A stretch of 64,000 bases of DNA from Balanoglossus misakiensis. Lineage: Eukaryota; Animalia; Hemichordata. The DNA lies in NCBI GenBank assembly GCA_040954595.2, contig CM082597.2, positions 62,001 to 126,000 of the forward strand, read 5' to 3'. This document shows positions 40,322-53,500 of this stretch, piece by piece. The translations under genes were made by a program, and so were the position numbers. The notes beneath the pieces were generated by a model, which did no database searches, was not told where the DNA came from, and worked only from the letters and a program-made list of their open reading frames with translations. Position 1 is the stretch's first letter, and the number at the start of each line of letters is the position of its first letter.

Positions 40322-40852
40322 TCACATGAGTATACACCTATTGTTACATGGCACTGTGAACACAATAGCACTGTTGGGTGGCGGGGGAATGTCTGGAGAA
40401 TCACCCCATTCGTCACTGCCATCACAACAATCACATATACCATCATTCACACGGCTAGAAGGGACATATTTTGCATCTCCAAGACAGAAGAAGCTTCCTC
40501 TTGTACAGGCATTGGTCCCTGGCTCATCACTGCCATCTTTGTAACAATCGCAATAATCGTCATTTACTTGAGAAAAGGGAATCTTGATGCTTCTATCCAG
40601 ACACTGAAATTCACTTTTCTGATTTGGAATGTAAAATTGTCTGAGTTCTGGATTCAAACCACGGACATGGTGGTGTGGGGCTATATTAAGCATGTCACGT
40701 GACTTAACCTCGACCGCAGGCAGTTTCCCGTGAACATCATTGAAAAATGTTCCCATGGAGACCAACTGGATACAGATGAAGAAGATGCCAGCTATGGCCA
40801 CAGCGATGAAACACGAACACACAACACGGCGACGACTTCGGAATCGCAACAT
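40322..40852 (-). CDS. Intronless type II membrane protein with a stand-alone glucosidase II beta-subunit-like (PRKCSH-like, LDLa-type) domain, 176 aa
   Basis: Motifs VRG...FY, FQCLD, VNDDYCDC..DGSDEPGTNAC, VPSSRVNDGICDCCDGSDEW and terminal CNNRC match the PRKCSH N-terminus. Basic N-terminus RFRSRRR then a hydrophobic span. No EF-hand, MRH or HDEL. AATAAA on the minus strand at 40017-40012. Confidence 0.88.
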   Translation of the reverse strand: MLRFRSRRRVVCSCFIAVAIAGIFFICIQLVSMGTFFNDVHGKLPAVEVKSRDMLNIAPHHHVRGLNPELRQFYIPNQKSEFQCLDRSIKIPFSQVNDDYCDCYKDGSDEPGTNACTRGSFFCLGDAKYVPSSRVNDGICDCCDGSDEWGDSPDIPPPPNSAIVFTVPCNNRCILM

Positions 40853-41266
40853 TGTGAACGGTGCTAGGTTTCAATGCATGCAATATTATACGGTGGCGAT
40901 GCAGGCATTTTCAGGAAAAGTCGAAGTTCTGTTCGACTGAATGATCAACGCGCAATGTGATCACGACAATCGACATGAGGTCGAAGCTGGGTCACGCCTT
41001 CAGATCAGGTGGTCTTCCAATGACCCCCTAACTGGCTTTAAAAGAATTGAAAGAGGTAGCTCATGACGTCATGGACATAAATATCCAGAACGTATACATA
41101 AAAATTAAATAAGCGTACGCCTTTTTTATGTACACATTGTCTAGTATTTTAAGCTAAATTCTGGTTTGATGTCAGCAACCTTTCATTCCACTACACGGAA
41201 AAGAATACGAATAAATAAAGTTGATCAACTTAGGGGGCCTTTTTAAACTCGGCACATCCATGGAAG
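40853..41266. promoter_or_regulatory. Putative bidirectional promoter between the PRKCSH-like gene and TOMM70
   Basis: Divergent start codons 414 bp apart, CpG-retaining sequence, central palindrome CATGACGTCATG (41062-41073, CRE), YY1-type AAGATGGCGGC over the TOMM70 ATG (41264-41274). Confidence 0.65.
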
Positions 41267-44200
41267 ATGGCGGCCAGCAGTGGTTCAGACAACGTGAACG
41301 AAGGGTCATGGCCTAAATGGGCTGTCGCTTTGGCGATCGGCGCACCAGTGGCAGTCGGGTTGGCAGGTGTCATCTACTACACGAGAAAGAAGTCGAGAGT
41401 GTCCGAAAGAAAAGATCCTGAGGGCAAGACATCTGATGAAACAAAAGTAGTCGAAGCAATACCTGAGAAAGAACCAGTAAGGAAGGGTCATGAACCCTTG
41501 CAAGTTGCAGTTGCAATCACACGCACGCGTGTCATCACTGATCTCCACACTCGTAATTTCCAACACCACCACACTAACTCAAACTCACGTGCCATGATGC
41601 CCATGATCTTAAAACAGCTTGTGTGAACTTGGGCCTCTTAAAATTTCTGTTACTCTGTTAGATTTCAGCGTTGTGGGGAAACTGAATGAAACCAATGGCA
41701 ACTTGACCATGACCAAAGCAATGTGTGAAGTGAAACTGAAAATCAAAGACCAGATCTGGAGAGAGTTATATCGAAAAATCATGAGTGTGTTGTTGTCTGT
41801 TGTTAGGAATGAGTATTCAAGTGACACCCCTCTGTCTATTTGGCATTGTGTGTCATAGATCTTTTTAGCAGAGCTAAAATAATAAGCTGAACTCATGTGA
41901 TTATTGATTTCACAGACTCCAACAGAAAAAGCCCAGGCACACAAGAACAAGGGCAACAAGTACTTTAAAGGTGGAAAGTACGAGAATGCCATAGAATGTT
42001 ATACAGAGGCCATCGCAATATGTCCGGAGAAAAATTCCAAAGAAATGTCAACGTTCTATCAAAACAGAGCAGCTGCTCATGAACAGATGGTGAGTTAAAT
42101 GTGTTGTAAGAATACAATAGAATACATTCATGGAGAGTAATTGTAACTGTGAACAGTTATACACACTCTGACTGCTACCTGAATATCAATATCATGTTTT
42201 TAGTGCTACTCTTAACATCACAGAATTTGTTCATTTAATCCCTATTATGCTAGATCCCTGGCTAATAGAGTAAATATTCAAGAGGGCTGTATTTATGTTT
42301 TATAAACAAAGCATTTTGACAACAAATTTGTATGTTGTGAATTGTGAGGAAGATCAGATTTTGTTTATTTATTGTTATTTTACATTTTGTTTTAGAAAAA
42401 CTACAGTGAAGTGATTGAAGACTGCACCAAAGCACTAGAATACAACAAGCAATACACAAAAGCTTTGTTCCGTAGAGCCAAAGCTTATGAAAAAATCGGA
42501 GAGAAGATGAAGTGTCTGGAAGGTGAGATTGAATGAACCCTATCACCAACATTACTTGGTCCAAATCAATTGTTTTCTATGGTGAAGTTGGGCCTCTATA
42601 CAATGGATATAGGGGTGAAAGGTTTACAAGTGTTGCCAGGGTTGGATTGATATCAGGAGTTTATCCTGTATGTTGTTATATAATTTATCTTTTATCGGCT
42701 CAGCTCTAAAGATTGTAAAAGGGCAAAAAGGAATTATCAATGATTGTTTTTGTACACAGTCTACAAAACACTCTGTTTCCATTGACAAAAACCATTTTGT
42801 GGCCCAACAATAAAAGCAATAACACACAATTGCCCACACGTTGAATATTTTCATGTGTTTTTCAGATGTGACAGCAACCTGCATATTAGAAGGATTCCAG
42901 AACCAGAACAGTATGTTGTTAGCCGACAAAGTATTGAAGGATATGGGTAAAGAGAAAGCTCAGAAGAAATATGAGGTAAAGTGGTTTCCCATATCAGCTA
43001 TAGCTTGAGGTCTTGGTTTATTGCTCATATATCTGACACAGGGATGCATTGCCTTCCGGGGATCATCACACAACTTGAAGCCCAAGGAAAAGTAGTACAA
43101 TGAGTGTGTGTACTTGCTGTCATTCTAAACGAGGTAGAAACTTAACACACAAATATTGTTTTCTCTTTCTTGTCTGCAGTCTCGGATACCTACAATGCCT
43201 TCCAAACAGTTCATCAAATCCTACTTCTCATCATTCTCACAAGACATAACATCCCAGCCATTAGACTCGCAGACACAATCTGAACCTGACCCAGTGGAGG
43301 AAACAGAAAACGAACAGGAAGTTACAACAGAAGGTGATGAAGACAAAGATAAAGATGAAAGTGAAGAAATCAAAAAACAAAGGTACATAACTCTATTACG
43401 TATCATTTGCTGAAAATCATTTTGGTCTCAATTTAATCCAGTATTGGTGCCATGATGAATTTTTGAAAGTGAATTGAAATAATCTAAGAAATGCTGCCTA
43501 CTTAATTTACAAAACACACTGGGACACAGATAGTGTATTGTTGTGACATTCCATAGCATTCTTTGGAGAGCTGTTGTAGTAAATATGCATTTCATTTTTT
43601 TTCTACAGTGGTTATTTGAAAGCCAAGCATTCATTTGACAAAGGAGAGTACGATGACATCATAGATGACTGCACCCATGAAATTGAAAGCCAAGGCAAAT
43701 ATGCAGCCCATGCTTTACTAATGAGAGCGACTTTCTACATGCTAAAGGGTCAGGGCATCTTAGCCAAACCAGATTTAAATACATTGATAGACATGGAAGA
43801 TGCAGACAAAAAGGTATGTTAGGGGAATTGGTCTCCCCAGGTCAGTTTGATTTCGGATCATCAGTAGTAATCAGTTTGATTCACTTCAAAGAATCTTGGA
43901 TCAATAAGTAGTGCTATTAACTCTATTTTTTTACTTCCAGTTGAGAGTGAATGCTTTGATCAAGAGAGGTAGTATGCATATGCAGAATGGTAATTCCACC
44001 GATGCACTGAGTGACTTTGCTACAGCCGTTCGTCTGGATACTGAAAATTCTGACATCTATCACCATAGAGGGCAGGTCAGTAATCCTTCAAGGTCACAAC
44101 ACAACAATGGTCTGGGTTACAACATACTCAGTTGAGTAGTGTGTTACCAAACATGGCTCATGAATCATCTTGTCATAACAGTTTTTGCGATATGTCTTTA

Positions 44201-45566
44201 TTTCAGTTGAATGTCCTCCTTGATAGAGTTGATGAAGCGCTCAGGGATTTTGAAAAATGCGTATCAATAAATCCCAGCTTTGCTCTGGCCCAAGCACAGC
44301 ACTGCTATGCAATGTATCGCTCTGCCTTTGCACAAAGAAGTCCTATGCAGTTGCAGGCAGCCATGAGTGCATTTGAAAAAGTTATCAAGGATTTCCCACA
44401 GTGTGCCGAGGGATTTGCTCTATATGCGCAGGTATGTTTACAACGTTTTAGATACAGGAAAAAGAATTCACTCCATCAGATTGTCACAACCTTGTCTGTG
44501 TCAGCAAACATTGCACATAACTGTAAGACTTATGACACAGACCTGTATTCACTGCTGTGAGAAGACCACAACGCTTGCACACACAAGTGTTACAGACTTG
44601 GCATTTCTGTGAAAAAAAACTACTGAAATCATGTCACAGTGAGTGATGATGTGACTTCAATGAGTTCTCAATTTTGGCAGTTTTGACTTTACAGGCATTA
44701 AATGATCAACAACAATACGACAAAGCAGATGAGATGTTTTTAACTGCTGTGAAATTAGAACCTGAAAATCCAACAACTTATGTTCATAGGGGGTAAGTAT
44801 GATTTACCTCCAAACAAGGTGAAAGTTACAAAATACAAGCAAAGCAAGGCAACACAATCAAAAGTTTTAATCAATCCAGTGTCATTCTGAGTAAAATGGA
44901 TTTATCTCTCATATACCGGGTTGGTTTAGATGAACTACTGCTGAAGTTACAGTTTCATTCAATGCATTGTAAACTTTGGGCATGAATGCCAGAATTTGGG
45001 TTGTTTTTTATTGTTGTTTATATTGTTTATTTCAGATTGTTAATGTTACAATGGAAGCAGGATGTAGACACTGCTGTGTCTTTGATGCAGAAAGCTCTGG
45101 AGATTGATGATAAATGTGACTTTGCATATGAAACACTGGGTACTATTGAAGTTCAAAGGTGAGAGACAGGGTTGGTAGAGGGCAGATACAACGTGGGTCA
45201 TAGTCAGTTTTGGTATTGCGATGAATAACATTTGCTGTACATATAGTTTCCCTAGTTGGAAATTCAGTGTGCAGTATAATATTTGTGGCCCTGGGCCATA
45301 GTCAGTTTTGATATAATGATGAATAATATTTGCCATATTTCCCAAGTTGTATTGGAATTCAATATGCAGTATAATATCACTGATTGATTATATATTTCCA
45401 TGTCTGTTGCAGGGGTAACTTGGAGCATGCCATCCAACTATTTGAGAGAGCCATTGACCTAGCAAGGACAGAAATGGAAATGGCACACCTATATTCCCTG
45501 TTAGATGCGGCCATTGCACAGTCTCGGGTTGCAGCAAATTATAACATCAGACCACCAGTACAGTGA
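41267..45566 (+). CDS. TOMM70: Mitochondrial import receptor subunit TOM70, 587 aa, 11 exons
   Basis: Exons 41267-41476, 41916-42089, 42396-42522, 42866-42975, 43180-43382, 43609-43813, 43941-44075, 44207-44431, 44695-44792, 45036-45158, 45413-45566 total 1764 nt in phase. Signal-anchor WAVALAIGAPVAVGLAGVIYY, TPR clamp KNKGNKYFKGGKYENAIECY and FYQNRAAAHEQ, DVTATCILEGFQNQNSMLLADKVLK, DIYHHRGQ, C-terminal ARTEMEMAHLYSL. Confidence 0.97.
45198..45376. repeat. Diverged ~100-bp tandem duplication in the last TOMM70 intron
   Basis: CATAGTCAGTTTTG...GATGAATAA.ATTTGC...TGCAGTATAATAT occurs at ~45198-45281 and ~45297-45376. Confidence 0.7.
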
Positions 45567-47500
45567 ACGGTTGAAATGACGCGAAATGAATGACTTGTGT
45601 TGTGTTGTTTTACTTGTCAGTTAACTGAGTGGAAAGTAGTTGAAATAAATGGATGAAAATTGAACAGTTTGATTGTTTCAGTATTTTTGTAACATGCTAG
45701 TAATCAGCTGTAAGTATAGATTGTTTAGCTAATAATAGTTTGCATGGACAAGTGTTCAATCCATATTGATATGCTGTGAAAATTTGTCAGTATGAATAAA
45801 AACATAGGCCATTCCAACATTCTATGAATGTATGTTACAAAAGTATTGAAAGAATGGACCAAGTTCATGGCTTCAGATTCATTAAACCAATCATCCTATC
45901 AAGCAATCATTTGTTTACTCGTAAGACAGTCCAAAACAATCACAGTTTTAACCAATTAACCAAGTCATGTGACTGTTGTACGACTTAAAGTGTGCAGGGC
46001 AAACAGAAATAGTAGCTAGCTGGCGTTTGCAGGGTTTTTCCAGTCAGCTGACAACCATGTGATGTCTATCAAAAGAAATGGGTAGCAACATTAATGGATG
46101 GTCCTTCATGATGAAAAGTTGACTTTAATTTGACAGTACTTTGGTTATTTTTGTTTCATGTTGAAAGTACATGTATTATTGTAAGATTTATTTTCTGTGA
46201 ACTAGGGCGAATAAATCCGTATTACTGGTCATCATAGTTTATTTCATTGGAACAACACACCTAGGTGGAGGGTTAAAGTTGTTTTGTAATTTGTCAGTTG
46301 TTGGGAAATGACAAAAAAGATGTGCAAAGGTGATATGTAAATTTAAAAATGTTCAGAAGTGATAAGTAAATTAGTTTGAATCAATGAAAAATTGGTTGTA
46401 TTTGCACTGTAGCTTTTATATATCTTGAGACTGCTTTTTAGTTTAGACAATAAAGATGGACATTACAGGACCCTGTCTGGCTCGATTGTGTGATGTTTAC
46501 CTTTCAGTTGTGTGGTGCTCCCTCAGCGGTCAAATAAGAAATAGGGTGCTATTTTGTTAAAAATAAATGTCACAATGGCTAGTGGCTTTGAATCTCCATA
46601 AACACCCTTGTAACAAGACTGTTATATTAAAGAGTGCCCCCCTTTCATGATTTCAAGTTAAATAACTGGTACAGAACCATGCTCTTTTGGGCTGTACCAG
46701 GAGTAGGTTACTGACAAATTCTTCTACTACCATTGTTGTCAATGTAACACTTTGTACATGTTTTAGGAATGGGGATGGCTCACTCTTTATTCTCTATTCT
46801 TGTGCAGCTGACAACAGCCAGAAAGGGAAATAAGTTAATAAAGGCTATTTGATGTGTAAAACTGAAGACTGTTCAGTTTAACCTTTAGCAACCTCTGCGG
46901 AAATTGATTTTACTGACAAGACAAGAAGATAATGAGCTATTTTGTAATGAATGCTGATGAAACACATGGACCAGAACGGATTGGAAATAAATTTGCATTG
47001 TTTAGTTCAGTGGCTATCTTATTAACATCAATGGCAGGTCCATGTTAATGCATGGCTGTGTTATAGGCCTGTGCAACAGAATTGAGTTTTCTCAAACACC
47101 TGTTAGTTCAAATAAGTCAACGTGAAAATACTAGTATACAACAATAAAGCATTTATGTTGCAACAAAACAACAATGACATGTCATACCCCTATGCTCACC
47201 TGAGTCCCTTTCAATTGTTGCTCAATTTTCTCTGAAAGTCAATCTACATAATTGATTGTTCAAATTTAGTGTAACTCTAACCAAATGAAGTGACCTGGTC
47301 CTTTGGGACACACCTCGCCTCCCACTATTAATGATTCATCACACTCACTGCGGGACATCATCATATTAAACTGTCTTGAGTTGTTCCTGCCCACACTGTT
47401 GTCCTGTCTACACTGAAGTACCAACAGCAGAAGCATCCGTTCTCCGACAGTGTTCTACACATACCAAGTTTTTGCCTCAGAGAGAGTGCACAACTAACAA

Positions 47501-50500
47501 ATGATTTCGGTGGTAGGAATTGCATGGTTTGTGTCATTTCACACCGTCGTTGTCATAGCAGCAGGTACGTGTTGTATGCATGCTTTATATTACTAAATAT
47601 ATTACATAGTACTGCATAGAGGATTAATGGAAACTCAACTTTTAATGTTGGCCATTGCTGGCATCTAACATCCAATTATCTCTCCTTAAAATTTGATAAA
47701 CCAGGACTTTTGTTTTGTTTTGGGGTTCCCTAAATACCAGTCCCAAATTTCTATCTACATGATTGTATTTCTAACTATCAAATGTTTCACTTTTCAATGT
47801 TGGTCTTGCAAAACTCTATGTGTACTGGTTATGATAACTATGCATGTGATATCCACAGAAATGCTAGACATTCTGTCTCATACAAAATTTGTGATGTATT
47901 TCATTTGTATTTCAATGTTTTTATTATTACCCATTAAATTAACCAATTTAATATTATGTGGGGGTGGAATTTGCTGTTACTAGCCAGTGTGACATGCAAA
48001 ATGCAAACGATTCCAAGATGATTGGCACATCAAATGGAAACGCAGCTTTTTCTTGACAACAAGCTAAAGAGATTGCCATATACATTTGTAAAGCCAAAGC
48101 AATTGAACTATTTTATCATTATATGATTGACATTTTTGCAAATTGCCTGTTTTCAGCACGCATTTTCCCATTGCAGTTTTTATTCAAAATACTGCTATCG
48201 TGACAAAATTTTCAAGAACTTATCCCAAAGCAAACTCGTTTCTTGTACTTCATCAATGTGCATTGCCAGAAATACACTACTTCTTGCAACTCATTCTCTG
48301 TTGCAATTAATAAACGGAGGTGCTACAACCCTTGTGAAGAACAACATTGTTTAAATTCTGAGTGTCATCTGGGAGCACAAGCCATGACCTGACCTTGTAT
48401 CAAGTCAACTAACACAAAAAGTAGAGTTTTATTGGGGTCACCACGAGAAACAATTACTTTGGGATGTTAGCTTTTTTAAGGCCAGCTACATCTCTTTAAT
48501 ATAGAAAAGTAGAAATGAGAAACTAATTTTAAACACGGGACATTTAAGAAAATTGGATATTAATAATGGATGTTGCTGTCATGCATGGATACATTGTTTA
48601 ATTAGCTGGTAGATCGCATTGTGGATAAGTACGTGATCACATGATTCACTTCCAAAAGAACTGAATTTATTTATTTCATTTTTGTGCTCAGATAGTCACC
48701 GATACTGTCACCATAATGGTTGCATTGAATGGAAAACTCAAGCTTACTTTATGTGTAGAAAAAAAGGCTGGTTTCATCAGTGAATTTTATTTCTTATTTT
48801 TTGCCTGTCCCCACACTTCATAAATGAATGGTTCCTTTTACCTTTTGGAACAGAGTTTAGTTTGTCAACAACTCAAATTGTTTATACCGGTATGTCTAAT
48901 GGTCTTGTTTGCTTGTTTTGTTTTGTGTGTTGTTTCAAAGGACGATGTGGCAATTCACCAATTATTCTACATCTCAATGAAAGCGCCAACATCACTTCAC
49001 CAAATTATCCAAATTACTATGGCGACGACGAAAAATGCAGATGGCAGTTGTATACCCCGGATGGTGACGAGATTACTCTTCGTTTTGAGAAGTTAATGGT
49101 CGGATACAATGATGCCGTTAGATTATTCACTGGGCGGACAGACCCGGATGTGGACATCAATAAGAAAGAATTTTTAAGATTACAAGGTTATAAAGCTCCT
49201 AAAGAAAACATTCTGATGAACGAGAAATACGGTTGGATTGTCTTCCAAACGTATGATTTGGAAACCAATCCTGGTTTCAGAGTTGTTGCCAGGCCAGGTG
49301 AGAGTATTATCAAATCTATTATGGTATCAAGTTTGATGCTATCATTTTTTGTTTATCTTTTAATGCGAAGTATTTATGAAAATATCTTGAAACTATGTCA
49401 AAAGTCTACATTACATGCTATCTGTTTCATTAGGAAGATTATGAGTTCGTTTTCATAAATAATTATTCATCATGTATTAATATTTATAGGGATGTAATTA
49501 AATCGGATATGGGACTAAAACAATCAATGCAAAATCATCTTACAGATATCAATAACTGTCGGCCAGATAATCCATGTCAAAAGAATGGCCGTTGTATCAA
49601 CAAAGCATTTGATTACGATTGTGAATGTCCTAGACAATATCGTGGCAAACGCTGTGAAATAGGTGAGTTGATATGGTCTTCATTATTGATGGTTTTGTTG
49701 TTATACTGCCCATATTTTTGGCCCATATAAGAAAGGTTTCCCTGATGGTGACAAGACAAAGTTTCAGTACAGCATACTAATAACTCGATCTATACCAATT
49801 TCCATTTACTGATATTTGTAACTAACTTGGTAAATTAATTTTGTGTAATGTTACAGCTGCAGATTGTAAAGAGATTGTAAAGGTTCACATTAATTAACAA
49901 TGCACAATTTAATTAATACAGGGCGATGTGGTCATGAAAATATCACTCTGTTGGCTGGGCAGACAGTAAATGTGACATCACCAAACTACCCAAATAACTA
50001 TGAGATCAATGAAGATTGCGTGTGGCGGGTAAATACCCCCGATGGCGATGCAATCTTTTTTCACATTCAAGACTTTGACACTGAAGCCCCTTATGACGTC
50101 TTCAAGATTGGATACGGAACAGATCCATCTGTGGCCAGCTCGGTTGTTTTCGAGCATTCTGGCGACAAACCTGTTCTGAATAACAAAGTTGTCATCTATG
50201 ATTACAAAGATGTGTGGATGCAATTTAAATCAGACAGTGGAAAAAACCATGGAGGGTTTCAACTTGAAGTCACAGCTGGTATGTAGCCTTTAATCTCATT
50301 CCATTCCATTTCTGATATCAGAGTATTATGTCTTAACACTACTACAACGATAAAATGCTTTGAAAGACTGGAAACACACCCTCACTCTTAATTGGTGTAT
50401 GTTTACTCCTGTCTTTTTTTGTTACTCAAGATATTGACAACTGTGCATCGAATCCTTGTTACCACGTCGCCACCTGTAGCAATGAGAAGTTCCGCTTTTC

Positions 50501-53500
50501 ATGTATTTGTCCAATTGGTTACGAAGGTCACCGATGTGAAATAAGTGAGTATTGCAAAAGCCTGTTATATGATCATCTAACAACCACATTTATGAAGCAG
50601 ATCTAAAACTGAAGGATCACGTGTTTCAATCTTGAAACTGTCTGCAAACAGATCTTGTAATTGATAGGGAAGAAGTTCAATTTGAACTAATTGTTAATGT
50701 CGATTGTATTGCATTAATATTTTCAATTCAAAACCTACAATTTTCAGAATCCTGTGGCACCGAACATGTTAACCTGACGTCACCATTGATAATAACCAGT
50801 CCCAATTACCCTGACAAGTATGACAATAATCTGTTATGCCTTTGGCAAATTTCGACCCTCTACGGCGAGGAGATAGTGGTGCGTTTCCTTGAATACAATG
50901 TGGCCGATTACAATGACGTTGTAACTATTGGTGAGGGTTCTGAACCAAATGGAATAAAGACAGCAGAGTTTTCAAGACACAACAAGATGCCAGGTGAAAT
51001 ATTGGTGCAATCTCTCCACATTTGGATTACATTTAGTACAGGAAAACATGGTACCAGCAAAGGATTCAAAATAGAAATTATTTCTGGTAAGACAGTCAGA
51101 TGGTTGTTTTTATCTGTTTCCTACCTTTCACTTTTATTTCTTAAATAATTATTGTTACCCTATAATTATGACTTTCTTTTGGATCAAATAAATTGATTGT
51201 TTCATGTTGATTTGTTTGTTTTTTCAAGATGTAGATGACTGTTCCTCACAACCTTGTCACAATGGTGGTACATGCATTAATGGACCATTTCGATACAGCT
51301 GTGTTTGTACCATAGATTTCGACGGGCAAAACTGTGAAATCAGTAAGTTTTCTGAAATTTCATTGGTAATTATTTCTTTCTGAAAAGGTTGCAGGCAAAG
51401 CAAGGGGGATTGGAATAACCACCAAATCTCTATACACAATTATATGACCCTGTTTTCAAATTGTGTTTTATCCATAGATAGATGTGGTACTCGGGAAATT
51501 CTTCTCCATGTTGGTCAAAACCATACAATCACCTCACCAAATTATCCAAGAAATTATCTGAATAAAGAGCTGTGTGTTTGGCGTGTTCACACCTTGGGCG
51601 AGAGCAATGAGATTGTAATTCGATTCATCAACTTCAGAACTGAAGAGTACAACGATAACTTGAAAATCGGCAGAGGAAATGAGTTGCATGTTGACAGGAA
51701 ATTCTTTAAAAGCGGTAATATATCAAAGGATGTAGTTGGGATCATAGCAGACGTCGATGCCTGGCTCATCTTCATTAGTGACGACACGGTTACATTTCCT
51801 GGATTTGAATTGCACGTAATTGCAGGTAAGATGATGATCATAAAGATGATGACGACAAGTTAACATAATACTAACTAATTAACAGATATTTGTAGTTATT
51901 TGATAGCTGGTGTTGATAATGTTATATACACGAAGACACATTTCATAAGAAATTCCCCAGTGAATTTTCATCCTTGCTGTGTTACAAACCAAACAAGACT
52001 TTGCAACGATTGTATGTTTTAGATGTAAACAACTGCACGTCTAATCCGTGTTTGCATGGAGGTACCTGTGTCAATGAGATGATGGATTATCACTGTCAGT
52101 GTTTGCAACAATTCTCTGGACCCAACTGTGAAATTGGTATGTACCGTATTATCACCTAACTATAACTGGAGCAGTGAAATCTAAAATCACATAAGTAATC
52201 ATGAATATTAATTATCCAATCGGCACTCACACAAGGCCGAGAATAACTCTTATTCAGTGTACGACAATAATATAACCAATCTGTAACTAACTAACCAACC
52301 AACCAACCTAAGTACCAACCAGCTAACCAACGAAACCAGCACACCAACCAACGACTATACCAAGTATACTGCGGCTACAAGTGACCGTGTTATGATAAAC
52401 CAAGAAGAATGTTCTTTTATTTGTGGATTTTTTTGTTATTCTTTTCACAGCACGCTGTGGTCCTGATAGAATTCCATTACATTTTGGCCAGGGAGTCAAT
52501 GTGACGTCACCCAATTACCCCCAAAACTACGAAAAGAACGAAGCTTGTCAGTGGATGTTTGAAGCTATTAATGGAACTGAAATCGTCTTTGAAATCGTGG
52601 CAATGGAAACACAGGGGTCACTGGATGAAATATCTCTCGGCGCTGGTCAGCTAACTGGTCTCCACAAACAAAAAACTCTCAGTGGTGATGATAATGCTAA
52701 TGGACCTACAATTATTCTTCACAAATATGCATGGATGACTTTCAAAACAGATAATATTATACAGAAGAGTGGATTTGTTCTGCAAGTAACTGCAGGTACA
52801 TAATATGTTGATATATTCCTTGTCTCAAAATAATGCCACATTGTTAACATGTGGCCCTATTTTCTCGTTTGTCTGTCCTGATTATCATGACCAAAGATTC
52901 ATCATCCATCCCTATAAATATACAGTTGTTCAAGACTGATATTTTATTTATTTTTCTAATGCAAGTTCCATACACCACTCTCTGTCTTTTGTTTCAACAG
53001 ACGTTGATGACTGTCTGTCCGATCCCTGTCAGAATGGAGGAGTCTGTATCAATGGAGCATTTCAGTACACCTGCCAGTGTGTTGGAGTCTATCATGGAAT
53101 TAACTGTGAAATGGGTGAGGGAAATGCGATGTTGTGAAAATCATTGGACTTTCACAAGAGTCAAAAATAACCTCACAAGTTAATGAGTGTGTTAACACCT
53201 CTAATCTCTGACCTCTCTCTCCCTCTCTCTCTGTTCATCTCCATTCTGTCTCTCTGATACAGATGAATGTGGTATGAGTAACTTCAACGTCAAACCTATG
53301 CAAGATGTCAATGTGACGTCACCATATTATCCTCTCAACTATCCAAACGACATTTTCTGTAACTGGACATTTCATGCAGAGGAAAATGAAATGAAAGGGT
53401 TTAACATCACCATCCGGGACATTTCCACAGCAGGCTTTGCTGACAGGGTGATTGTAGGCACAGGAAATATTAGACACAAACTGTATTATGGTACAAACAA

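Noticed and set aside
40322-40852. Calling this gene PRKCSH itself
   Set aside because: It lacks the cleavable-signal layout, EF-hands, acidic stretch, MRH domain and HDEL, and stops at 176 aa.
41609-41992. ORFs in and antisense to TOMM70 intron 1 and exon 2
   Set aside because: No domain similarity; TOMM70 exons 1 and 2 join in phase without them.
43250-43382. Acidic low-complexity stretch in TOMM70 exon 5 as a novel insertion
   Set aside because: Vertebrate TOM70 has a comparable acidic linker (DEDKDKE...SGYLKAK) at this position.
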